DNA of 31,541 bases from a virus. Taxonomy: Duplodnaviria; Caudoviricetes. The notes beneath the pieces are model-generated. The model had not been told where the DNA came from. It worked only from the letters and a program-made list of their open reading frames with translations, and did not search any database. Numbering within the stretch: the stretch's first letter is position 1; the number at the start of each line of letters is the position of its first letter. This document shows positions 24,116 through 31,541 of the stretch, piece by piece. The stretch spans positions 1 through 31,541 of IMG/VR virus record IMGVR_UViG_3300020042_004001. The stretch is one strand, 5' to 3'. The position numbers and the translations under genes are program-made.

Positions 24116-25716
24116 GTCCAAATCCTTTTAACAACACGATGAAATTTACCGTCCATCCTGTACGAAATAGTATGTGGCGGCGTTGAATTGCTCATCTGCC
24201 CGCTGATGTAATCCAGCCCCGCATCAGTCGCTATACGCGGTACCGAGGCCAAGTCAGCGCCAGACGAATTCGCCATCGTAAACAACTGGTGCTTCGCCCT
24301 CTGGCCTGCATACCCATCGTGCAGCACCGGCAAATACTCGGTGATCGGCTTGTCCGACAAACTGCCGTAGTAAGTGCAGGACAGCATCAACTTCCCGCTG
24401 GCCCTGCTGGTGTGGATGCGCCAGTTCCAACTCGACACATTAAGGTCAGTGCCGTCCATCCCCATGATGTCATCATCGTGCAGTACTAGCTTCTTCTTTT
24501 CTCGATCAGGAAACGGCTCACCACATGCGGGGCAGACCATCACAGAAATATGCACCAACTCCCCGCAGTTTTTGCAGACCTTCACAGGCATTACCCCATC
24601 CCCATCGCCAAACTTTTTGGGGGGCTGCACGTTGGTGATCGGGCCATGCGTAGCCACCACCCCGGCAAAGTCCAGCACCAAGCAGTGATCGATGTGCGAC
24701 TTCACGCGCATCCCTCGGCCTGCCATCTGCACGTAGAGGCTGGCGCTCATAGTTGGGCGCAACATGGCTATCAGGTCAATGTCTGGGTAGTCAAAGCCGG
24801 TGGTCAGCACGTTGGCATTGGTCAGCGCACGCAAGCGGCCAGCCTTGAAGTCAACCAACATTCTCTCGCGCTCCTTCTTTGGCGTTTCGCCCGTCACGCA
24901 CTCAGCGGCCACGCCATGCTCGTTGAGCGTGTCAGCAATGTGCTGTGCATGTTTGACCCCCGCGCAAAAGACTAGCCACGCCTTGCGTTCATGTGCAAGC
25001 GCAATGATCTCTTTCACAACTGCTTGATTGTTGTCATTGGTGTCCACCGCCGCCTGCAACTCAGACTCTATAAACTCGCCGCCACGCTTATGCACACCAG
25101 AGGTGTCTAGCTTGGCCTTGGTGACCTTGGAGCGAAGCGTTGACAGAAAGCCCTTGTAAATCAACTCCTCGATGCTGATAGGATAAATTAATGCGTCAAA
25201 CAGCGCAGGCTTGTCAGTGATAAGGCCGTGGCCCAGCCGATAAGGTGTGGCCGTCAAGCCCACCACCCTCATTGCCGGGTTGATGATCTTGAGTTGCTCC
25301 AGTAGCGTGCGGTAGCCGCCCTCGTCTTTGTGATTGACCAGATGGCACTCATCAATGATTACAAGATCGGTGTGGCCCAACTCACGCGCCTTGGAGCGCA
25401 CAGACTGGATGCCAGCAAACGTGATTGGCTCCCCTAAGTCCTTTCGACCCATGCCAGCACTGTAGATTCCAAGAGGTGCCCCAGGCCAATGCTGGCGCAT
25501 CTTCTCAGCGTTCTGCTCGATCAATTCCTTTACATGGGTCAGCATGAGGACACGGGTTTCCGGCCAGTTCTGCAAGGCGTCCTTGCACAGCGCCGCCACA
25601 ATGTGACTCTTACCTGATCCGGTGGGCAGGACTAGGCAGGGGTTGCCATTGCCGCCCTCCTCAAACCATGCGTAGAGCTTGTCTATTGTGCGTTGTTGGT
25701 ATTCACGGAGCATCAT
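24112..25716 (-). CDS. Superfamily 2 DEAD/DEAH-box helicase (RadD/YejH-like) with C-terminal zinc finger
   Basis: LREYQ Q-motif, PTGSGKS, DECH, GLTATP, VLTTGFD.P, QMAGRGMR, CKNC...CPAC. Confidence 0.93.
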   Translation of the reverse strand: MMLREYQQRTIDKLYAWFEEGGNGNPCLVLPTGSGKSHIVAALCKDALQNWPETRVLMLTHVKELIEQNAEKMRQHWPGAPLGIYSAGMGRKDLGEPITFAGIQSVRSKARELGHTDLVIIDECHLVNHKDEGGYRTLLEQLKIINPAMRVVGLTATPYRLGHGLITDKPALFDALIYPISIEELIYKGFLSTLRSKVTKAKLDTSGVHKRGGEFIESELQAAVDTNDNNQAVVKEIIALAHERKAWLVFCAGVKHAQHIADTLNEHGVAAECVTGETPKKERERMLVDFKAGRLRALTNANVLTTGFDYPDIDLIAMLRPTMSASLYVQMAGRGMRVKSHIDHCLVLDFAGVVATHGPITNVQPPKKFGDGDGVMPVKVCKNCGELVHISVMVCPACGEPFPDREKKKLVLHDDDIMGMDGTDLNVSSWNWRIHTSRASGKLMLSCTYYGSLSDKPITEYLPVLHDGYAGQRAKHQLFTMANSSGADLASVPRIATDAGLDYISGQMSNSTPPHTISYRMDGKFHRVVKRIWT

Positions 25717-26738
25717 CCCACCACCCGCGCATCCCAAGTCTTACGCATCTCAGCAATCAAAGGATCACCACTGGTGCAGGCCGCAGCGTTAGCAAGTAAC
25801 TCCTTGCTGCCCCAGACGCCCTCTTGTGCTGGGTCGCCATTCGCCACATCAACACCATTGATCTCATACACAGCGGTGAACTCGTTTGGCCCATCCTTGC
25901 GTTGCCACGGCACGAGGTCAGGGTGCAGGACATGGCTCTCGCAACCCTTGTGCTGTGCCTCCACCGGGATCACATCGTCCCACTTCGCGCAGTGCCAAGT
26001 GCTGTCGGGCATGGCTGTAGCGTTGGCGCAGGTGCGGCAGTTCACATGCTCGGTGGTCTTGGTTTCGTGGCAGAATTTACGCGCTGGGCAATAGCTGCAC
26101 TGATACCAAGATGGGTCAGTGCTGATTGGCTCCGGCATCCTGTCGGACAGGGCGATACGTTTGCCCCTGGAGATGTACTTATTTGCCACTTCTTTGTCGA
26201 ACTTCACCCGCTCGGTGTGGATTCGGTCATCGTCCTTGCAGACAGCCAAGTACAGCGCACGATCAATGTCAGCGCCTGCCATGTAAACCTGCATCTGGAC
26301 AAAGTGTTCAGGCTTTGATTTCTCAACGCCTTTTTTCGCCAAATCATCAAACGATTTTTTGCTGTGCGTTTTGAACTCGGCAATGTGCCTTGTCTTTGGC
26401 GCTTCGGGAACACCCGAGTCAATGATGGCGTCCAGCGACCCGGAGACATGGCTACCAAAATCCACTCGGTGCTGGGCAGATACCTTACGCACATCCATCC
26501 CGATAGCACGCAAGTCGCTGATGATGTTTGGCTCCTCCTGATGCCCCCGTCTGAACAAACGCAGGATGCGACCCTCAAATCGAGGCTGCACCGCCCAGCG
26601 AAACGACAGCCACAGCCACCTGTCGCATGGATGGCCCAGGGTGCTGGCCCCAAGGTGCGGCCTTGGCTTCTCGCTGCGGCCCTCGTGGGCTTTGTCGATC
26701 AGCGACTGGATGCTATGATCGCTTTCAGGTATTTTCAT
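25713..26738 (-). CDS. Cas4/AddB-like PD-(D/E)XK exonuclease
   Basis: LGAS.LGHPC.R.LW, G...E, GSLD, EFKT, Q.Q.YM and C..CP....C Fe-S-type Cys arrangement, plus an extra CRTC...C...C. Confidence 0.85.
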   Translation of the reverse strand: MKIPESDHSIQSLIDKAHEGRSEKPRPHLGASTLGHPCDRWLWLSFRWAVQPRFEGRILRLFRRGHQEEPNIISDLRAIGMDVRKVSAQHRVDFGSHVSGSLDAIIDSGVPEAPKTRHIAEFKTHSKKSFDDLAKKGVEKSKPEHFVQMQVYMAGADIDRALYLAVCKDDDRIHTERVKFDKEVANKYISRGKRIALSDRMPEPISTDPSWYQCSYCPARKFCHETKTTEHVNCRTCANATAMPDSTWHCAKWDDVIPVEAQHKGCESHVLHPDLVPWQRKDGPNEFTAVYEINGVDVANGDPAQEGVWGSKELLANAAACTSGDPLIAEMRKTWDARVVG

Positions 26739-26761
26739 GTTGTCTCTCCTGTTGTGGACTT

Positions 26762-26793
26762 AGCCCCGGCCTTAAACTGCCGGGGCTTTTTTT
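26762..26793 (+). terminator. Hairpin with T-tract on the plus (antisense) side, between two minus-strand genes
   Basis: AGCCCCGGC-CTTAAACT-GCCGGGGCT-TTTTTT. Confidence 0.7.
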
Positions 26794-26795
26794 GC

Positions 26796-27290
26796 TTACT
26801 TCTTAGCCCACGGTGGCGCTGCCTTGTCCAACTTGATAGGCGCAGAAACTGGCGCAGCAAAAGAAGCAGCCGATGGGGCTACGCTTCCGGTCATTGACTT
26901 AAAGCCCCTGACCTCGTTGCTGGCACCATACTGCGCGTCATCTTTGATAGTGAGCTTGATACCGATCTGACCGCCAATCAACTGATCGGTATCAGCAACC
27001 GTAATCAGTCCAAGCGCACGCATGATCTCGCCCAGTTGCTGGCGTCCGATCTCCTCGGCCTTCAGGTTGGCGTTCTTGATGTTGAGGTTGCCAAACACCA
27101 CCCGGCCCTGGTGCGTCGGCCCCGTGATGTCGTAACGCAGCTTGATGTACTTGCCGTTGCCTGCCTTGGTGTCCTTGAGTTCAGACTGAGAGATCGTGGC
27201 GGTGTACCAGCCAGCGGGCAGCGGCTCAAAGTTGTTGGTGTTGCCAACCGGAAGTTCGTTAACGTCAAAAGTCTCTGTTAGAAAAGCCAT
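26796..27290 (-). CDS. DUF669 family putative single-stranded DNA-binding protein
   Basis: FEPLPAGWY.A.I...E.K.TKAG.G.Y.......GP...GR.VF.NLN, NEV.GF, PPW terminus. AAGGA RBS. Confidence 0.8.
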   Translation of the reverse strand: MAFLTETFDVNELPVGNTNNFEPLPAGWYTATISQSELKDTKAGNGKYIKLRYDITGPTHQGRVVFGNLNIKNANLKAEEIGRQQLGEIMRALGLITVADTDQLIGGQIGIKLTIKDDAQYGASNEVRGFKSMTGSVAPSAASFAAPVSAPIKLDKAAPPWAKK

Positions 27291-27292
27291 GA

Positions 27293-27679
27293 TTATTCCT
27301 TGATGGTGATTTTGAAAGAAGGGCGACCGGGTTTGGCCGTGATTGCAGCCGCTAACGGTCTAGTGATGATTTCGTCTGCTGCCTTCCAGAGCGTCACGTT
27401 GACCTCTGGTTTCCAGCGAAACAGCGTCGCCAAATAGTCAGTCAGACCTGCCTCGGAAGCCAGCATTTGCAGTTTCTCCGGGTCAACCTTGCGGTCTATG
27501 CGTCCCGCAATCTTGACCACAAAACCCTCCGGCTCCGCTGTCTCGGTTGACTCAAACGATTCAGGCAGCGCCATCAGCTTGACCATCTGATCTTCAATCT
27601 TGCGGCGCTCTATCACCGCTGCTTCCTCGATAGTCTTGTGGTGCAGCCAGTCGGCGCTCAGGGTTTTAAGGTCGCTCAT
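27293..27679 (-). CDS. Hypothetical recombination-module protein (Gam/gp157-like helical protein)
   Basis: Start ATG 27679 (ATGA overlap). W...K..E..A...RR.IED, FRWKPE, KPGRPSF.I. Lies between the ATPase and SSB genes. Confidence 0.7.
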   Translation of the reverse strand: MSDLKTLSADWLHHKTIEEAAVIERRKIEDQMVKLMALPESFESTETAEPEGFVVKIAGRIDRKVDPEKLQMLASEAGLTDYLATLFRWKPEVNVTLWKAADEIITRPLAAAITAKPGRPSFKITIKE

Positions 27680-28353
27680 GCCTTGCCCCCAATCTTGGCA
27701 ATGATTGCGCCCAGGTCGGGCGCTTCCCACGCAGCTAACTTCCCAGAGCGATCCTTGGCAAGCCACAGGCCATCCGAGTCGCACATCAAAGCGCGTTGCG
27801 TCACCCCCTCGGCATCGCGCTCAACGCGCAGCGCCAGCACCTCGTCAAAGAAGTAAGGCAAGCCTTGGGTCAGGCTCTTACCCGGCATCCCAGGGTTGTA
27901 GAGCATCTTGCCCATCTCGTCCGTGGACTTCTCTAGCTTGGCCGACATGAACACATGCTTGCCAGGCAAATCTCGGAAGGCGCGAATAAGCTCCTGCATG
28001 GTGCTGTTCATTTCGCCATACGCAGCGCGTCCGTCCTTAGACTTCTTTAACTCGTGGTGCAGCACCACCTCGGCCACTTCAGAAATGCTGTCAAGCGCCA
28101 CCGACTGAAAGCCTGCGGCCTCCTTGCTTTCCTTGCACCAAGTAAACGCTTCCCGAAGATCGTCCATACTGGCGATCTCGATATACGGAAGGTCAGCGTC
28201 CTGAATAGACAGCAAGCCCCCCTCGGCCGACAACACGATCACGTTCGGCAGCGTCTTGACCAGAGTGGTCTTGCCTGACCCTGCCGCCCCATACACCAAC
28301 ATTTTCACCCCGTTAGCGGTCAAGCCTCCGGTTGACTTCAGATTGATAGCCAT
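27676..28353 (-). CDS. AAA_24 ATPase, Sak4-like single-strand annealing protein
   Basis: K.LVYG..GSGKTT, SAEGGLLS, V.LDSISE, LPYFFDEV, AKDRSG.L. AGGAG RBS before ATG 28353. Confidence 0.85.
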   Translation of the reverse strand: MAINLKSTGGLTANGVKMLVYGAAGSGKTTLVKTLPNVIVLSAEGGLLSIQDADLPYIEIASMDDLREAFTWCKESKEAAGFQSVALDSISEVAEVVLHHELKKSKDGRAAYGEMNSTMQELIRAFRDLPGKHVFMSAKLEKSTDEMGKMLYNPGMPGKSLTQGLPYFFDEVLALRVERDAEGVTQRALMCDSDGLWLAKDRSGKLAAWEAPDLGAIIAKIGGKA

Positions 28354-28367
28354 CTGGCTCTCCTTTT

Positions 28368-28396
28368 CACGCACTTCAGGAAATCTGTTCTGCGTG
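28368..28396 (-). promoter_or_regulatory. 5' leader hairpin of the recombination operon
   Basis: Minus strand CACGCA-GAA-CAG-ATTTC-CTG-AAG-TGCGTG directly before AAAAGGAGAG. Confidence 0.5.
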
Positions 28397-28399
28397 TGC

Positions 28400-28433
28400 T
28401 GGCATCGTAAGCGGAAAAAGGTCTATGATGCAA
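28400..28433. promoter_or_regulatory. Overlapping divergent sigma70-type promoters
   Basis: Plus: TGGCAT(28400)-18-TATGAT(28424). Minus: TTGCAT(28433)-18-TACGAT(28409). Lies between divergent genes. Confidence 0.6.
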
Positions 28434-28468
28434 GCGTCAACGTAAAAATATCTTCAGAGGTGCACACA

Positions 28469-28651
28469 ATGATGACGATTGAGCAGATCAAGCAGAGGCT
28501 GGACGATGCAAACCTCAAGAGGGTGGCCGTGGCCGCAGGCATTCATCCAGCCACGGTGTACCGCTTCATGCAAGAGGAGTCCAAGCCCCTGTACGAGACG
28601 GTCAAGGCTCTGAGCGATTACTTGACACGGCAGGCGGTAACGAATGGCTGA
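28469..28651 (+). CDS. Cro-like helix-turn-helix regulator
   Basis: GAGG RBS, ATG 28469. NLKRVAVAAGIHPATVYRF....SKP.YETVKALSDYL is an XRE/Cro HTH pattern. Confidence 0.85.
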   Translation: MMTIEQIKQRLDDANLKRVAVAAGIHPATVYRFMQEESKPLYETVKALSDYLTRQAVTNG

Positions 28652-30692
28652 CCTCTCAAACATCTTCGGTGGACCGTGGTCGCCAGCCCCAGAAAAGCTG
28701 GTTGCCCCACCAGAGGCGCAACTCATTGACGCCATGCGTGCTGCGGGGCTTGAGCCGCCAGATCAGATTTACTTCGACGGCAAGATTCACCGCTTCAAGT
28801 CCGGCACCAAGGGATCTCCCGGCCACGGTGACAAGCCTGGGTGGTACTTAGTTTTTGGCGATGGCATCCCTGCGGGTCGTTTTGGGTGCTGGCGAATGGG
28901 CATGGAGCAGACCTTCCGGGCAGACATTGGCCGCACGCTTACGCAGACCGAGGAGATGTCCCACGCCATGCGCCTTGCTGAGTCCAAGGCCCTGCGGGAT
29001 GCGGCCCTGGAGCGCCAGCATCAGGTGGCAAGCGAGACAGTCGAGCAGATATGGGTAGGCGCACAGGCGGCGCTACCCGATCACCCTTACCTATCAAAAA
29101 AGGGTATCGGCGTGCATGGTGCCAGGGCCACGGGAGATGGTCGGCTGGTGGTGCCCCTGTACGATCAGGACGGCACGTTATCGACCCTGCAATACATCGA
29201 TCATGAGGGCGGCAAGCTCTATCACCCAGGCGGGCAGACGGGCGGCAAGTTCTGGCAGCTAGGCTCATTGGATGAGCCTGGGCCGCTGTACGTTGCTGAG
29301 GGTTTTGCGACTGCGGCCACCATACATGAGACAACCACTCGTCCGGTGGTCGTGGCCTACAGCGCAAGTAACCTAGTGCCCGTCACGGGCAAGCTGCGCG
29401 AGATGCACGGCCCAGGCCAGGAGATCGTGATTGTTGCTGACAACGATGCCTCCGGCGTAGGCCAGCGGTACGCAAAGCAGGCCGGAGCCAATTATGGCGC
29501 ACGCACGGTGGTGCCCCCGATTCAGGGCGATGCCAATGATTATGTTCAAGAGGGGCACGACCTATCGGCTCTCCTTGTCCATCAGACCGGAACAGCAGTA
29601 ATTGATAAGCTCAAAGTGGTGTTTGGCGACCAGCTTGGCAACGACTACGAAGCCCCAGATGAGCTTGTTGAGGGCTTGATGACCATTGGCAGTTCAGTGG
29701 TAGTTTATGGCGACAGTAACTCAGGCAAGACATTTTGGGCATTATCAGTCGCCACCGCCATAGCCACCGGCACAGACTGCTACGGCAGACAAACCGACTC
29801 CGGCCTAGTCATTTATCTAGCCAGCGAAGCCCCTGCCAGCATCCGTTCAAGGATGCAAGCCATTAAGAAATACCACAAATGCAACCTTGAGAACCTAGTC
29901 ATGGTCCCAGTCCCTATGAATTTCTATAACGGTGACCAAGACGCCCACGACGTCATCGAGCTTGTCCGGGCAGTCGAAGAAATCAAAGGCCGTCCCGTTC
30001 GCCTAATTATTGGCGATACCCTAGCCAGAATGAGCGCAGGGGCAAACGAGAATAGCGGCGAGGACATGGGGCCAGTTATGGCAAGGTTTGACCAAGTAGC
30101 CACCGCAACAGGCGCTGCCCTGATGATTATTCACCACAACGGCAAGGACGCAGCCAAAGGCGCTCGGGGTTGGTCAGGCATCCGCGCCCACATTGACACC
30201 GAGATCGAGGTGCAGGAAAGGGACGGCATCCGTTCTGTCACTGTCACCAAACAGCGAGAACTCCCCAGCAAAGGCGAGACGATTTACTTCAAGCTAGAAG
30301 TCGTGGAAATGGGCGTCAGCAAGTTTGGAAGCCCAGCCAGTACATGTGTGGCCGTGCCAGACACCGAGTCCAACACCAACAAGCCCCACAAAAAGCCCAC
30401 CAAACATGATGAGAACATGCGTACCATTGAGCGTGCTTGGTGGGCATCAAATGCTGAAGATCGTGATGGTTTACCCTATGTTAGTAGGTCAGCATTGCGT
30501 GACCTACTGATCAAGGATGGCATGTCAGAGCGCACCGCCAAGAACAAAACCGAAGCCTCCAGGTCAGATGGCATCATCAAGTCAATGCTTAATGCGGGTG
30601 CTTTGGAGCCAATGGAAGACGGTTGGGTGTTCAAAAATGAGGCACAAGCCAGTGCAATGTTGATGCAAAGAAACGCCCCTAAACGCCCCTGA
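28644..30692 (+). CDS. Primase-helicase: Toprim domain plus AAA_25 (RepA-like SF4) helicase
   Basis: HPYL..KG, VAEGFATA, VADND, DAND (Toprim). YGDSNSGKTF, YLASE, IIGDTLAR, IHH.GKD...GARG.S (helicase). Confidence 0.92.
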   Translation: MADLSNIFGGPWSPAPEKLVAPPEAQLIDAMRAAGLEPPDQIYFDGKIHRFKSGTKGSPGHGDKPGWYLVFGDGIPAGRFGCWRMGMEQTFRADIGRTLTQTEEMSHAMRLAESKALRDAALERQHQVASETVEQIWVGAQAALPDHPYLSKKGIGVHGARATGDGRLVVPLYDQDGTLSTLQYIDHEGGKLYHPGGQTGGKFWQLGSLDEPGPLYVAEGFATAATIHETTTRPVVVAYSASNLVPVTGKLREMHGPGQEIVIVADNDASGVGQRYAKQAGANYGARTVVPPIQGDANDYVQEGHDLSALLVHQTGTAVIDKLKVVFGDQLGNDYEAPDELVEGLMTIGSSVVVYGDSNSGKTFWALSVATAIATGTDCYGRQTDSGLVIYLASEAPASIRSRMQAIKKYHKCNLENLVMVPVPMNFYNGDQDAHDVIELVRAVEEIKGRPVRLIIGDTLARMSAGANENSGEDMGPVMARFDQVATATGAALMIIHHNGKDAAKGARGWSGIRAHIDTEIEVQERDGIRSVTVTKQRELPSKGETIYFKLEVVEMGVSKFGSPASTCVAVPDTESNTNKPHKKPTKHDENMRTIERAWWASNAEDRDGLPYVSRSALRDLLIKDGMSERTAKNKTEASRSDGIIKSMLNAGALEPMEDGWVFKNEAQASAMLMQRNAPKRP

Positions 30693-30784
30693 GTGCCCCT
30701 AGGGGTTTTTAGGGATTAGGGGCAAAATCCCATTAAATCGCCCCTCCCCGCCCCTAAACCCTATAGGGTAGGGGCGGTAGGGGC
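30671..30784. repeat. GCCCCT iteron/palindrome array, putative replication origin
   Basis: GCCCCT at 30675, 30685, 30695, 30740, 30750. AGGGGC at 30718, 30770, 30779. Palindromes CCCCTAGGGG (30696) and ACCCTATAGGGT (30758). T-rich tract downstream. Confidence 0.75.
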
Positions 30785-30850
30785 AATGGGATGCGGAAAT
30801 TTTGGGGTGGTTTTTTTGAGTTTTGGTGGCTGGTGATTTTTTTTTAAGGG

Positions 30851-31069
30851 ATGGTGATGGCAAGACCCGCAAACCCAAACGTGAAGTATTTCCAGCGCCA
30901 GATTGGAAGCGCTGAACGTGCCACGCTCCTGGCCGCTGGCAACGGTGACATGTCCGTTGGCTTCCTTGAAGTGATCGATACGTACCGACATTTCTACAAT
31001 CTTGGATTGCGCCCCTCTACGCCCCTTGAAAGCATTTCCCTAGCGATACCACATCCCTTGGCTAGATAG
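30851..31069 (+). CDS. Hypothetical protein (3' end runs into the inverted segment)
   Basis: MARPANPNVKYFQRQI...ER..LLAAG.GD.S.GF...I. Start 30851 or 30857. The last codons and stop come from the inverted copy. Confidence 0.65.
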   Translation: MVMARPANPNVKYFQRQIGSAERATLLAAGNGDMSVGFLEVIDTYRHFYNLGLRPSTPLESISLAIPHPLAR

Positions 31070-31512
31070 GGATGATCTGCAAGCGCTGCCTGTGCGCCTG
31101 TCCAGATTTTTTCGACTGTCTCACTGGCTACTTGATGTTGGCGCTCGATGGCGGCATCCCGCAAGGCTTTGGCCTCAGCCAAACGCATGGCATGTGACAT
31201 TTCCTCGGTTTGGCTTAGTTTTCTGCCTATATCTGCACGCCAAGTTTGCTCCATACCCGCACGCCAGCACCCAAAGCGGCCAGCAGGGATGCCATCGCCA
31301 AAGACCAAATACCAGCCGGGCTTGTCGCCGTGGCCTGGCGATCCCTTTGTGCCGGAGCGAAACCGATGAATCTTGCCGTCAAAGTGGATTTGATCTGGTG
31401 GCTCAAGCCCCGCAGCACGCATGGCGTCTATGAGTTGCGCCTCGGGTGGAGCGACTAGCTTTTCTGGGGGTGGTGACCACGGGCCACCAAGGATGTTTGA
31501 GAGGTCAGCCAT
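30994..31512 (-). pseudogene. Truncated inverted homolog of the primase-helicase (first 152 codons), probably from a related phage
   Basis: 31512-31057 aligns without gaps to 28644-29099 with about 14 aa differences in 152. Beyond HPYLAK the frame runs into unrelated antisense sequence. Confidence 0.85.
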
Positions 31513-31541
31513 GCGTCACCTTCCGACTCTCAAGATATGTT
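31505..31541 (-). CDS. 3' end of a second Cro-like gene (cut by the window edge)
   Basis: Encodes TYLESRKVTHG* versus DYLTRQAVTNG* at 28616-28651, with the same ATGGCTGA overlap into the primase start. Confidence 0.7.
   Translation of the reverse strand, partial: TYLESRKVTHG

Larger units (their letters stand above)
1..31056. mobile_element. Partial genome of a podovirus-type tailed phage (Caudoviricetes)
   Basis: Contiguous terminase-portal-scaffold-capsid-tail adaptor/nozzle-ejection proteins-lysis arm, an opposing recombination arm and a primase-helicase. No bacterial housekeeping genes, tape measure or sheath seen. Confidence 0.95.

Noticed and set aside
25713-26738. CRISPR-Cas system suggested by the Cas4-like nuclease
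   Set aside because: No repeat-spacer array or other cas genes. The context is a phage recombination operon.
28469-28651. Temperate lifestyle inferred from the Cro-like gene
   Set aside because: No CI-like repressor, integrase or ParA partner in the window. The missing part of the genome prevents a firm lifestyle call.
30761-30991. Minus-strand 76-aa ORF over the ori region
   Set aside because: Low-complexity translation of the G/T-skewed tract and antisense to the better supported 30851-31069 gene
1-31541. Alternative genetic code or tRNA genes
   Set aside because: Genes tile densely under the standard code with TAA, TAG and TGA all used as stops. No cloverleaf seen in the short intergenic gaps, though this was by eye only.

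Overview
The window is most of the genome of a tailed dsDNA phage with podovirus-type (P22/T7-like short-tail) morphogenesis genes. A Gram-negative, probably betaproteobacterial, host is inferred, not shown. Plus strand 1-21232 is the late arm: terminase large subunit C-terminus, a mosaic ParB-like plus ADP-ribosyltransferase-like protein, portal, a first fibre and membrane-protein block, scaffold, major capsid, six very basic mini-genes, tail adaptor and nozzle, a Gly-rich fibre, a cupin, three ejection proteins, holin and an M15 peptidase endolysin. Minus strand 21229-28353 is the early and recombination arm: many tiny ATGA-coupled genes that the ORF track missed, VRR-NUC nuclease, SF2 helicase, Cas4-like exonuclease, DUF669 SSB-like protein and AAA_24/Sak4-like ATPase. 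A symmetric bidirectional promoter at 28400-28433 also drives a Cro-like HTH gene and a Toprim+AAA_25 primase-helicase, followed by a GCCCCT iteron/palindrome array that is the likely origin. The last ~485 bp are an inverted, synonymously diverged copy of the cro-end/primase-start from a related phage, most likely a chimeric join. I saw no integrase, DNA or RNA polymerase, reverse transcriptase, tRNA or CRISPR array. The best candidates for new biology are (1) the cassette-like ParB/ART protein between terL and portal, whose ART-like domain sits on a sharply bounded 33% GC segment, (2) the coupled cluster of Lys-rich mini-proteins including a split DUF5872-like protein, and (3) the cis-regulatory architecture: an SD-sequestering scaffold leader, a palindromic double promoter with a 5' hairpin, start-associated direct repeats and the ori. 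All family assignments are from motif recognition by eye, with no database search.
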